Below, in pieces: positions 17,398 through 26,701 of a stretch of DNA of 35,722 bases; the stretch's first letter is position 1; the number at the start of each line of letters is the position of its first letter. The translations under genes and the position numbers were made by a program. The notes below the pieces were generated by a model that saw only the letters and a list, made by a program, of their open reading frames with translations, had not been told where the DNA came from and ran no database searches. Where the stretch lies: sequence record SRR31156797_7364; one strand, written 5' to 3'.

Positions 17398-18012
17398 TTA
17401 TCCGTTTTCCGGCAATTTTTGGAACCCCCAACGCAGGAATCGATACGTCTTTTCCAGACTGTCAAAAAGCGAGTAGGTCATCCCTTTCAGCAGCCAGCGA
17501 ATAACCATATGTTCAATGGTGCCCAATAGGATCGAGCGTGCAACAAAAGGGTCCAGATCTTCCGCCATTTCTCCCGACTCAATTCCTTCTTCGAAAATTT
17601 TGATCAAGCAGGCATAAAAAGTCTTAACGTTGGGATAGGCGATGCTTTCCATGAAGTTTGGGTTGGTCTTAAGAAAGAGAAATACCACTTTTGCGGTCAT
17701 GGGTTCGCTTTGGATATAATGAATATACCACCATAAGAATTTTCTGAGTTTATTGAATGCCCCTTGGATACCCAGCAACTGAACTTCTAATTCTTCAATA
17801 GCTTTAGTGACCCAAACATCAGGTATCGTCAGGAGCAATTCCTCCTTGCCACGAAAGTGGTCGTATATGCTGCCCTCTGCCAAACCAACCTCTTTTGCAA
17901 TTTCAGAAATAGTTGTTTGCTGGTAACCCTGCTCGGCAAAAAGTCTTGTGGCGGCCTCAATGATTCGCAGGGCGGTATTTTCTTTAGATGTGATTTTTGC
18001 TATAGCAGACAT
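17398..18012 (-). CDS. TetR/AcrR family regulator (FadR/YsiA-like)
   Basis: IIEAATRLFAEQGYQQTTISEIAKEVGLAEGSIYDHFRGKEELL N-terminal HTH. Confidence 0.93.
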   Translation of the reverse strand: MSAIAKITSKENTALRIIEAATRLFAEQGYQQTTISEIAKEVGLAEGSIYDHFRGKEELLLTIPDVWVTKAIEELEVQLLGIQGAFNKLRKFLWWYIHYIQSEPMTAKVVFLFLKTNPNFMESIAYPNVKTFYACLIKIFEEGIESGEMAEDLDPFVARSILLGTIEHMVIRWLLKGMTYSLFDSLEKTYRFLRWGFQKLPENG

Positions 18013-18060
18013 GATTATATCTCTTATTGTTTAAGGCATTGCTTTAACGAATATTTTATT

Positions 18061-18110
18061 GAATAACTTTCATTTGACAAGAGCATAAATGAACGATATT
18101 CGGTTGTCAA
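18061..18110 (-). promoter_or_regulatory. Sigma70 promoter of the TetR-ligase-ABC-methyltransferase operon, overlapped by inverted operator-like boxes
   Basis: Minus strand TTGACA (18110-18105), 17 nt, TATGCT (18087-18082). The inverted pair gaataactttcattt (18061-18075) / aaatgaacgatattc (18087-18101) matches at 13/15. Confidence 0.7.
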
Positions 18111-19126
18111 TATATATTTTATAAAAAATTCAATAAAATCAATGCAATCCTTATTATTATAATAAATACATATGTTTACACGCTTCACTCTTTAAATTAC
18201 TTATGGCGCTTCATTATCATACGAATTATGGCTAAATATCCCAATCAATCACCATGCTATAGAATAAATTTTAAGTAAATGTCTGGGAAATACGAATGAC
18301 GTTTATGCTTTTTTTCCGTTTTTAATTCATCTGTTCAAATGCCGTTGATCATGAGAATTGAGTTTTGAATTTCGGTCACGAATAGAGCATAAATGATTAA
18401 ATATTATAATAAAATTTATTTATAGGGTTTTCCCGACATCCTCCCTAATCGGGAATGATAGAATAACTTGCCTGTCAAAAATTGCAGCAAATAGAGGGAT
18501 CGGCAAACGAAAAAAGTCATATTATGAATGCTATTCAGTTGATGGTGAAAATGTTGTACTTTGGTTTGATTTGAACGGTGTAGCCGAGCGGAAGTGTATA
18601 CATAGAGGCGTGTGGTCAAAAAAACCGAAATGGCCACTCAATTTATCGATGGTTTTTATTTATGGTATAAACTGTCCTGACCTATACTTGATTCGACAGC
18701 AGTCTGAAAAAAGCAGAGACTTAAGCTGATAAAATGACCTCCAATTTTTCCTTGGACTGTCAGATTTTCTTCATCTTGACTGGCCAGTCTGTATGGTAAC
18801 GTTCGCCTTTTGACATTTTAAGATAGGATAGTCAACTGCGTGGGAAATATTTTGAAGCGGGTCAACTTGATCTTTTTTCTGGGCGATTTTTATCTCCGGA
18901 AGTTGCTTACCTGCTATTTATTCCAACCGATAGAATGTGTGATATCATCATCAGGGCGGGCGCACCGAAAGTTGAGATATCTCATGGCATTCTCATTTTC
19001 CGGAATAAACCTAAACCTGGCGCCGCCCTTTCGTATATCAGGTGGGTAATGGGTGCCACTCACATCATCGGTTCAAATCTCATCCCATAATATTATAAAA
19101 GAGTGCCACATCTTTTGGCTGAGGTC

Positions 19127-19807
19127 CTAAAGGCCCTCGCCTTCCGTGGTCAACAAAAAAGAGCCATCAACCTCCTGCTCTACCTTCAGGCCGAACATGC
19201 GGATGGTTTCGGTCAGGGGACGACCGAAGAGGAGATCCAGTTCCAGAGGATCAATGCCTAGTTTTTCATGGGTGAGCCGCCGGATATCCTGGTCATATTC
19301 AAGGATCTTTAGAACCTTTTTAACGGCGGTTTCACCCTGTTGTCGGATCTGCTTGACGTAATCGGAGATAACCTGATAATCGCACGTTTTTTCGTGCGCG
19401 GAAATAAGGCGTAACAGGTTTGGATCCCTGATGATATCTTTTCTGGTGGCTTTCGGTCCGGCAAAGACCGCTTGAAATTCGACATCGTCCCAGCAGGCAA
19501 AGGCCCGGCATTGACTGGGGCGTTCATCATAAATGATGCAGGCTTTTTTACCACCGTCATACAGAATACACCCCTTTCCGGTTTCCCGTTCCCTAAGTTT
19601 TATGAGTTCCTGATCGGCAAACTTCAACGCACCATGAATATTGTCCCGAACCAGTTCGCCTTTACGGATGGTATAGAGATGGGTCCTTTGGACTGTGTTG
19701 TCAAAAAAAAGGTCCAGATCTGTTTTCTGAAAGGTCGGACCGGCGGCAAGGCAGCATTCTCCGCAACGGACACAGTGGGTTCTTTCCGTATCAATTTGTG
19801 GTTCCAT
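19127..19807 (-). CDS. YkgJ-family CxxCxxCC cysteine-cluster protein
   Basis: CVRCGECC ... GCILYD....C.IY..RP.QCRAF.C. Confidence 0.88.
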   Translation of the reverse strand: MEPQIDTERTHCVRCGECCLAAGPTFQKTDLDLFFDNTVQRTHLYTIRKGELVRDNIHGALKFADQELIKLRERETGKGCILYDGGKKACIIYDERPSQCRAFACWDDVEFQAVFAGPKATRKDIIRDPNLLRLISAHEKTCDYQVISDYVKQIRQQGETAVKKVLKILEYDQDIRRLTHEKLGIDPLELDLLFGRPLTETIRMFGLKVEQEVDGSFLLTTEGEGL

Positions 19808-19821
19808 ATGACAAAATTATC

Positions 19822-21498
19822 CTATTTGAGCCCTGCAACGGCCTGTGCGATGTTGTAGCAGAAGTCCCCGATTTTCTCGAAAGAGGTGAGCATGTCCACC
19901 AAAATGAGCCCCGGGTCCACCGTGCAGAGGCCGCTTTGAAGCCGCATGATGTAATTCCCCCGCATGTCCTCCCGCATGTTGTCGATGTCGTCTTCCAGCT
20001 GTTGGGCCCGGACCATGATTTCCTTGTCTTCCGTCTTAATGCCCGCGACGATAAGATCCAGGAAATCTTCAACCTTCCTGGCGATCTGCTCATAATCGTG
20101 AATGCCCCCTTCGGAAAGATGGAGGTTTTCTTCGAAGAGCTCCTCTAGGAGTTCGGCAATGTTTTCCACGCCGTCTCCGGCCCGTTCCAGGTTGTTGGCC
20201 ATACGCATTAGAGATGCGATCTCTTTGGATTCCTCGGGGCTGACCCGTTTCTGCATCACATTGATCAAAAACTGGATAATCTCCTTTTGAAGGGAGTCAA
20301 TGATATCTTCCCGCTGCCGCCATTTGGAAAGCTCTTCCAGTTTGCGGTTCTCCATGGAATGAATCACATCGTTATACATGAGCTGGACCGCTTCCCCCAT
20401 TCGAACGATTTCAGCCCGGGCCTGAACAATGGCAACCGACGGGGTATCGATATACTTGGAGTCTATGTATTTGATGCGGCGCAGCTCATCGATGGTTTGC
20501 TCCCCCTTCTTTTCCGGTACCAGCCAGCAGGTAATTCTAACCAGGTAGTGCAGGAATACCAGAAAGAACATGGCGCTGATCACATTAAAGAATGTGTGGG
20601 CGTTGGCAATATATCGACCGATGTTGAGATTCTCTCCGTGAACCAGAAGATCCGGAGGGCCTATATCCATCATATGGTGGGTTATCCAAATAACCATCTT
20701 TAAGAACACCGGGAAAAAGGCAATGATGAGAAGGACCCCCAAAACATTGAAAATGGCATGGGCCCTGGCCGTTCTCCGAGCGTTGATGCTGGATCCGATA
20801 CTGGCCAGCTGGGCGGTGATGGTGGTTCCGATATTATCCCCAAGGATCAGGGCCACGCTGGCTTCAAAATTGAGGAGCCCCTGGCTGGCAAGGGCCATGG
20901 TGACGCCGATGGTGGCACTGGAGCTCTGCAATATCATGGTCAGGACGGTCCCCACGAGAATGCAGAGGGAAATGCTGAGCATGTCGTCGGCATTGAACTG
21001 GGTGAACAGCGCAACAAAGGAAGGATGGTCTTTTAAGGGGGCAAAACCGTCCTTCATGGTGGCCAGTCCGAAAAATATGAGGCCGAAGCCCAAAAGGACA
21101 TCTCCCACATAAATCCATTTTCGACGGCCCAGGAAAAATTTTAGAATAACACCCGCCGCAATGGCGGGCAGGGCATATGCCGTGATTTTAAATGCGATTA
21201 ACTGCGCCGTAACAGTGGTTCCGATATTGGCGCCCAGCACCACGCCGGTGGCCTGGACAAAACTCATGAGTCCCGCATCCACAAAACTCACCAGCATGAC
21301 CGTTGTGGCGCTGGAACTCTGAATGACGCTGGTCACGAGGGCCCCGACACCGCAGCCCACAAACCGGTTGTTGCTGACGATGCCCAGGATTTTGCGCATC
21401 TTGTTGCCGGCCACCTTCTGCAACCCTTCCGACATGATTTTCATGCCGAAAAGAAAAAGCCCCAAACCCCCGAGGGACTGAAAAATAATCATCTTCAT
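19822..21498 (-). CDS. Na/Pi cotransporter family protein with C-terminal PhoU-like domains
   Basis: GGLGLFLFGM, two QSSSAT repeats, GANIGTT/GDNIGTT, LERAGD and EKIGD. The start is ATG 21498 (or TTG 21522). Confidence 0.93.
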   Translation of the reverse strand: MKMIIFQSLGGLGLFLFGMKIMSEGLQKVAGNKMRKILGIVSNNRFVGCGVGALVTSVIQSSSATTVMLVSFVDAGLMSFVQATGVVLGANIGTTVTAQLIAFKITAYALPAIAAGVILKFFLGRRKWIYVGDVLLGFGLIFFGLATMKDGFAPLKDHPSFVALFTQFNADDMLSISLCILVGTVLTMILQSSSATIGVTMALASQGLLNFEASVALILGDNIGTTITAQLASIGSSINARRTARAHAIFNVLGVLLIIAFFPVFLKMVIWITHHMMDIGPPDLLVHGENLNIGRYIANAHTFFNVISAMFFLVFLHYLVRITCWLVPEKKGEQTIDELRRIKYIDSKYIDTPSVAIVQARAEIVRMGEAVQLMYNDVIHSMENRKLEELSKWRQREDIIDSLQKEIIQFLINVMQKRVSPEESKEIASLMRMANNLERAGDGVENIAELLEELFEENLHLSEGGIHDYEQIARKVEDFLDLIVAGIKTEDKEIMVRAQQLEDDIDNMREDMRGNYIMRLQSGLCTVDPGLILVDMLTSFEKIGDFCYNIAQAVAGLK

Positions 21499-21537
21499 GG
21501 AACAAAAAACCTCGATATTCAACCAGACCTGAAACTT

Positions 21538-21578
21538 AAAAAAAGGGCCATCCCCGTTTTCAAGGAATGGCCCTTTTT
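21538..21578 (-). terminator. Rho-independent terminator after thiolase
   Basis: aaaaaaaGGGCCAT.CC...GG.ATGGCCCttttt hairpin with tracts on both sides. Confidence 0.8.
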
Positions 21579-21622
21579 AACAACTGCGACCCGCTAAGGT
21601 CAATACAAGTTTTTCAGGTGGA

Positions 21623-22828
21623 TCAGCCGACTTTAAAGATGATGGCGCCGCCCGTATCTCCCGCCGCGCATCCGGTCCACAGGAAGTAACCGCCGCCCTT
21701 CATGGCGGTTTCTTCAAACCCTTCGACGATATTTCGTCCCGCCGTGGGCCCCTGGGGATGTCCGTAGATCAAAGAAGATCCATAATTGTTAAAGCAGAGA
21801 TCATCGGTCCCCATGGCATCAATGCCGAACTGCTGGGAAAAGTAGAGATCGTTGACCACAAAGGGGTTATGGGTCTTGATGACTTTGATGTCGTTGATGG
21901 TTAGCCCAGCGTTCTTGAGGGCCATTTTTGAGGCCGGTACGGGCGCTGCGGCCATGTGCCCGGGCTCGGTCCGTGAGTATCCATAGGCGATGACCTGGAT
22001 GGGGATGGCGGGATCCGCGCTCAATTCTTTTGCTTTATCCTCGGTTGTGACAATAATGGAGCAGTTGCCGTCCGCCGGGAAAGTCTGGGCGCCAAAGGAC
22101 AATACGCCACCGGGAATGACGGGTCTCAGTTTTGCCAAGCCCTCTTTGGTGGTGGGCATGGGGCCTTCGTCCAGTTCCACCAGTTTGGTCTTTTTCCGGC
22201 TGACCTTTACTTCAGCCGGAAACATGTACCGTTTTTGAAAGGCCCTGTCATCGGCAAGGGCTTCCATGTACTGCTCATACCGCCGGAGGACCAGTTCATC
22301 ACACTGTTCCTTGGTGATCCCGCCCTCTTTGGCCACGTTTTCGGCGGTCTCCACCATTTTCAAGCCCACGTTGGGATCACTGTTAAAATTGTCCATGAGC
22401 CAGTTTTCGGAAAGGACTTCGCCACCGGGGCCATTGGGATTGGGCCATACGGTATGGGGGCCGTTGGAGCAGCGGTCGGTCATCAAGGCGCAGCAATTTT
22501 CATAGAGCCCCGCCTCAACTCCCATTGCGGCGTTAAAAACGCAGGTGGCACTGGTGGTGCAGGCCTGGCCGATGGTGACGCCGGGAATATGTCCGGCACC
22601 CATGATGGCAGCGGCCCAGGTGCTGGCATAGAACTGATGTTTCTGGCTGATGGTAACCCCGAAAACCAGATAATCAAACATGCCCGCGTCCCAGCCTTTC
22701 TGGGCCAGCCACCGTTTTTTGGTGTTCCCCGCCAGAACGATGGAATTTTCGTTGGCCATGCTTCCCTGCCAACGGGTAAAGGGTGTTGAATAGTATCCGC
22801 CGAACGGAACAAATGCTTTTGATAACAT
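21623..22828 (-). CDS. Thiolase family protein (acetyl-CoA acyltransferase), HNPF-motif variant
   Basis: QACTTS nucleophile Cys, L+PV..GG, ADG, KTHNPF, GHPQGPTAG, CAAGDTG. Confidence 0.88.
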   Translation of the reverse strand: MLSKAFVPFGGYYSTPFTRWQGSMANENSIVLAGNTKKRWLAQKGWDAGMFDYLVFGVTISQKHQFYASTWAAAIMGAGHIPGVTIGQACTTSATCVFNAAMGVEAGLYENCCALMTDRCSNGPHTVWPNPNGPGGEVLSENWLMDNFNSDPNVGLKMVETAENVAKEGGITKEQCDELVLRRYEQYMEALADDRAFQKRYMFPAEVKVSRKKTKLVELDEGPMPTTKEGLAKLRPVIPGGVLSFGAQTFPADGNCSIIVTTEDKAKELSADPAIPIQVIAYGYSRTEPGHMAAAPVPASKMALKNAGLTINDIKVIKTHNPFVVNDLYFSQQFGIDAMGTDDLCFNNYGSSLIYGHPQGPTAGRNIVEGFEETAMKGGGYFLWTGCAAGDTGGAIIFKVG

Positions 22829-22909
22829 ACGTTTTTCCTCCAGTTATTTGAAATTTTTTATTTACACCTACCGTTTCCAACTAATGGCTAACCGCTAATA
22901 GCTTCTTCA

Positions 22910-24496
22910 TTATGAATCGCTCCATTTGCCGTATTTTTCCCTCAGAATTCGATGCAGAATTTTTCCCGTGGGCGTTCTCGGCATTTCATCGTCCCTTACA
23001 AAATCGATGGTTTTGGGCCGTTTGAAACCGGCAATTTTGCCGCGTGAAAATTCCATGATGGCCTTGACCGTATCTTCGTTTTCCTCGTAACCGTCATTTA
23101 AAACCACCACCGCTTTGATGGACTCGCCCCATTTTTCATCGGGGATGCCGATGACGGCGATATCCTTGATGGCTTCGTGGGCGCCCACGGCACTTTCGAT
23201 CTCCGATGGGTAAACATTCTCTCCTCCGGTAATGATCATGTTCGCTTTTCGATCCACCAGGGTATAGTAACCGTCTTCGTCTCTTTTAACCATGTCGCCG
23301 GCGGACGACCATTCTCCGATAAAGGCCTCTTCGGTCTTTTCAGGCTCTTTCAGGTATTCCCTAAACAGCATGGGTGTCCGATAGAAGAGTTCACCCACCT
23401 CGCCATCCGGCACTTCATTTCGATCTTCATCCAGGATTTTGATCCGGTCGGTGCCGAAGATTTCCTTGCCGATGGATCCCAGTTTTTTGAACTGATCCTC
23501 GGGCCTGAGCAGGGTCACCAGACCCCCTTCCGAACTGCCGTAGGCCTCCCAGAGTTCGGCGTTCTTGAAATAGTCCATGATGGCCAGTTTGAGATCTTTT
23601 CTGGCCGGCGCCGAAGAAATGAGCAGCTGGCGGATGGAGGATACATCGATACTGTTTTTCACGTCATCGGGAAGTCCCAGCATCATGATGTAGTGGGTGG
23701 GCACCAGGGAGGTGAAGGTAATTTTGTACTCTTCTATGGTCTTGAGGAGATCTTCCGGGTCAAAGCTGACCATGTTGTACACAAAGACGGGGGCCGACAC
23801 CAGGGTATAAGGAAAGGAGTAAAAAATGGAATTCACATGACACATGGGCATCACCAGCATCACTTTATCCGTGGGCCGGACCCCCATGTTGATATCGTTT
23901 AGATAGTACTGGCTGACGTTGGATTCATGGGTTCTCATAACCCCTTTGGGCCTCCCCGTGGTTCCGGATGTGTACATGATGCACCAGATATCGGCACTGT
24001 CCACCATGAGATCCGGCTCTTCCGGGGAGGCGTTGGCCAGGAAATCCTCATAGCCCACGTAACCATCCGGTACGGGCCCATCTCCCATGTAAATGTAGCC
24101 GTTTTCAGGTATGGGCAGGTTTTCCCGGATACTGTCAATGAGTTCCACGAAAGGTGCTTCCACCACAATAGCTTTGCATTCGGAGTGATTGACAATGTAT
24201 TCGATGTCAGGTCCCGCCAGCCGAAACATGATGGGGACCACCATCTGTCCGCCTTTGGCACAACCTGCGTAAATATCCATCCATTCACCACGGTTAAATG
24301 CGATGATGGCAAAGGCATCCTTGTGCCCAACACCGATATCGTGAAGACCGTTGGCAAACCGGCAGGATCTTTCATTCCATTCTTTGAAGGTGAATTCCTG
24401 AGTCTTATCCTGCCATCCCAGCTTGTCAGGATAATTGACGGCGTTCATTTTCAACATGGTACCCGCGTGCATCCATTTGCTTACATTCATGTCCAT
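22910..24496 (-). CDS. Acyl-CoA synthetase (AMP-forming)
   Basis: YTSGTTGRPKG, YGSSE, AGD, VDRK..MIITGGENVYP, MPRTPTGK. Confidence 0.93.
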   Translation of the reverse strand: MDMNVSKWMHAGTMLKMNAVNYPDKLGWQDKTQEFTFKEWNERSCRFANGLHDIGVGHKDAFAIIAFNRGEWMDIYAGCAKGGQMVVPIMFRLAGPDIEYIVNHSECKAIVVEAPFVELIDSIRENLPIPENGYIYMGDGPVPDGYVGYEDFLANASPEEPDLMVDSADIWCIMYTSGTTGRPKGVMRTHESNVSQYYLNDINMGVRPTDKVMLVMPMCHVNSIFYSFPYTLVSAPVFVYNMVSFDPEDLLKTIEEYKITFTSLVPTHYIMMLGLPDDVKNSIDVSSIRQLLISSAPARKDLKLAIMDYFKNAELWEAYGSSEGGLVTLLRPEDQFKKLGSIGKEIFGTDRIKILDEDRNEVPDGEVGELFYRTPMLFREYLKEPEKTEEAFIGEWSSAGDMVKRDEDGYYTLVDRKANMIITGGENVYPSEIESAVGAHEAIKDIAVIGIPDEKWGESIKAVVVLNDGYEENEDTVKAIMEFSRGKIAGFKRPKTIDFVRDDEMPRTPTGKILHRILREKYGKWSDS

Positions 24497-24592
24497 CCCT
24501 CCCCTGATCGCGGACTGCGGATTTTAAAAAATTATTCCAACGGCCGCATTCCGAAATCCATCGCTATTGTTTATTTTAGATTGTCCAAACCT

Positions 24593-25366
24593 CTATTGAT
24601 CTTCCATGGCAAAAAGCGCCGCCCCCACGGCACCGGTCAATTGGGGGTATTCCGGTACCAGAATCTTTTTTCCGGTGGCCTTTTCCACCATTTGAATCAG
24701 ATACGGGTTATGAGCCACCACACCCCCGGTCATGGCAACCGTATGGGTCAGTGAATCCATTTCAAGAACCCGTTTGATGACCGAATAAAAAAGCCCTTTT
24801 ACAATGGCGGCAACCGTCTTTCCCTGCCTGATTTTTTCCAGAACTTCAGTCCCTGAAAAAACCGTACAATAACTGCCCAATTCCACCATTTCTTCCGATT
24901 GGCGGGCAAGTGCGTCCATTTTTTCAAGCGGAATATCGAGACGCATGGCCATCTCTTCCAGGAACGCCCCGGTTCCGGCGGCGCATTTCCGGTTCATTTT
25001 GAAATTGATGCGCCGACCCTTATCATCAACCTTAATGATTTTGTTGTCCTGCCCCCCGATATCAATAATGGTCATGGCCATGGGAAAATAGTGGAAACAC
25101 CCCTTGGCATGGCATCCGATCTCTGTTTTGGTCTCCGAACTGAAAGAAACATTTTTTCGTCCATATCCGGTGGAAACGCAACCGGCCACATCCTTCCTCG
25201 CGGCGCCGGCCATCTTCAAGGAATCGGCCAAACCCATGTCAGCGGTTTTTCCGAAATCCGTCCCCGATTTCCTGACCGAATGACCGATGAGCCGATTATC
25301 CCCGTTAAGAATGGCGACCTTGGTACGGGAGGCGCCGATATCGACGCCGGCATAGAGTTGTTGCAT
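24593..25366 (-). CDS. ATP-dependent 2-hydroxyacyl-CoA dehydratase activase (HgdC/BadF-BadG family)
   Basis: GVDIGASRTK, TGYGR, EIGCHAKG, DIGGQDNK, MNRKCAAGTGAFLE, CTVF, TGGVA.N. Confidence 0.93.
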   Translation of the reverse strand: MQQLYAGVDIGASRTKVAILNGDNRLIGHSVRKSGTDFGKTADMGLADSLKMAGAARKDVAGCVSTGYGRKNVSFSSETKTEIGCHAKGCFHYFPMAMTIIDIGGQDNKIIKVDDKGRRINFKMNRKCAAGTGAFLEEMAMRLDIPLEKMDALARQSEEMVELGSYCTVFSGTEVLEKIRQGKTVAAIVKGLFYSVIKRVLEMDSLTHTVAMTGGVVAHNPYLIQMVEKATGKKILVPEYPQLTGAVGAALFAMEDQ

Positions 25367-25414
25367 TATTTTATTCCGAACCTACTGATTTTTGTATAGA
25401 CCGTGTGTGGAACC

Positions 25415-25450
25415 ATTCCACAATCCGCATTCCGAATTTCCCGATTTCCC
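25415..25450. repeat. Short degenerate ~7-bp intergenic repeats (a related patch lies at ~24510-24560)
   Basis: attccac-aatccgc-attccga-atttccc-gatttccc. The string ccgcattccgaa also occurs at ~24544. Confidence 0.45.
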
Positions 25451-26688
25451 TACTCCTCCAACTGTTCAATGAAGGCTTCAATATTGGTTTTGGCCTGTTC
25501 CTCGGAGTAGCACCTGAGATCACACAGATCCCCGTTGATGGTGAGGACCGGTATTTCCAATTTCCGACTCAATCGCTCCGGCATGCCGTAACGGTTGTTG
25601 GAATTATTGGGGCAGGTCTTGGCGTCATGGAAGAGGATGCCGTCAAATTTGTATTTATCAAAGCAATCGGTGATGTATTTCTCTTTATAAACTTCATCTC
25701 TTACAATAAAAAGTTCCGTGTAGGCCCGGCCCATGCTTTCAAAGGGGGCCGCCGGATCCAGCTGGTCGAATATCCAGCTATTGCAGTAGGTGGATGCCAC
25801 CACACAGGTTTTAAGGGATGTAAATTGATCCGACAGGGGCCGTAGTTTTCCCCAGATGGGCATTCCATCCCAGTAGATCCGGTGCTTTTCCCCGTCTACG
25901 GCGGCCACACCGTCCTTGATCCGTTGCTGCAGTTCCGGCAATAGAAGTTCATAATAGTCCACCGCCTCCTTGGTGCCCCGGGCCACCACGGCCGGTCCCA
26001 TGTGGATGGTGGCGTCAAAAAAGGTCCAGGGCGAGGGGATGGCGCCCGCCGATTCCAGGCAGGCCCGCCAGAGTTGGGAGGTTCTCCTGGAATAGGCCAG
26101 AACCTCTTTAAACCGGTCCATGTCCAGCTTTTCTCCGGTCACACCCTCCAGTTGAGGAACCATATCCTCGATCTGGCTGCCGATGTCCTGGATCTGAACC
26201 GATCCGATGGTCCCGATGTCCCGGTGGGTATGGACCCCCACCAGCGGTACCTTCAGCTCCCTGGCATACCAGGCAAACCAGTCCTGAACATCCCGACACT
26301 GGTTGGTGTTAAACACCAGCACATCGGGTTTGGGAACCGATTCAATGTTATAAACCTTGGTGAGGGGGCTCTTTTTCTGAATATAGCTTCCCACGTCCGA
26401 TGTAAGATAAGAACAGATATCGGGTGAATACCCTTTGGCGTTGGCGTAGGGGATCAGATCCGTGGACATGCGGGTAGCGCCCAGCATGGCGCCGTGGTTT
26501 TCCGGGAAATACACGAGGAAACCCATTCCCCGTAACAGTTCCGCCGGACCCACACTGGTGCACCAGGCAATTTTTCTGGAACCGGTACGAACCGCCTCAT
26601 CCAATTCATAAAAGTGGTCGGCCATGAGCTTTTTGCAAGCTTTGGTCGCTGCGATCTTCTTGAATGACCCTTGTGTTTGTTCTGTCAT
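25450..26688 (-). CDS. 2-hydroxyacyl-CoA dehydratase subunit, alpha-like (HgdA/FldB/BcrB family)
   Basis: PAELL...FPEN, GYSPDICSY, PKPD, NQC, R+YWDG.P.W, DGILFH..KTC, GD..D.R.YSEEQ.KT.IEAF.E. Confidence 0.88.
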   Translation of the reverse strand: MTEQTQGSFKKIAATKACKKLMADHFYELDEAVRTGSRKIAWCTSVGPAELLRGMGFLVYFPENHGAMLGATRMSTDLIPYANAKGYSPDICSYLTSDVGSYIQKKSPLTKVYNIESVPKPDVLVFNTNQCRDVQDWFAWYARELKVPLVGVHTHRDIGTIGSVQIQDIGSQIEDMVPQLEGVTGEKLDMDRFKEVLAYSRRTSQLWRACLESAGAIPSPWTFFDATIHMGPAVVARGTKEAVDYYELLLPELQQRIKDGVAAVDGEKHRIYWDGMPIWGKLRPLSDQFTSLKTCVVASTYCNSWIFDQLDPAAPFESMGRAYTELFIVRDEVYKEKYITDCFDKYKFDGILFHDAKTCPNNSNNRYGMPERLSRKLEIPVLTINGDLCDLRCYSEEQAKTNIEAFIEQLEE

Positions 26689-26701
26689 GAAATGCCTCTT
26701 C

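Noticed and set aside
19055-19090. tRNA T-arm-like GGTTCAAATC (possible att site)
   Set aside because: The stem is mismatched and there is no cloverleaf, CCA end or second copy in the window.
25450-26688. Double-cubane cluster reductase (DCCP) paired with its activase
   Set aside because: The Cys pattern (DICSY, NQC, KTC) is HgdA-like, and the DCCP-type motifs as I recall them (e.g. TTCDGKKK) are absent.
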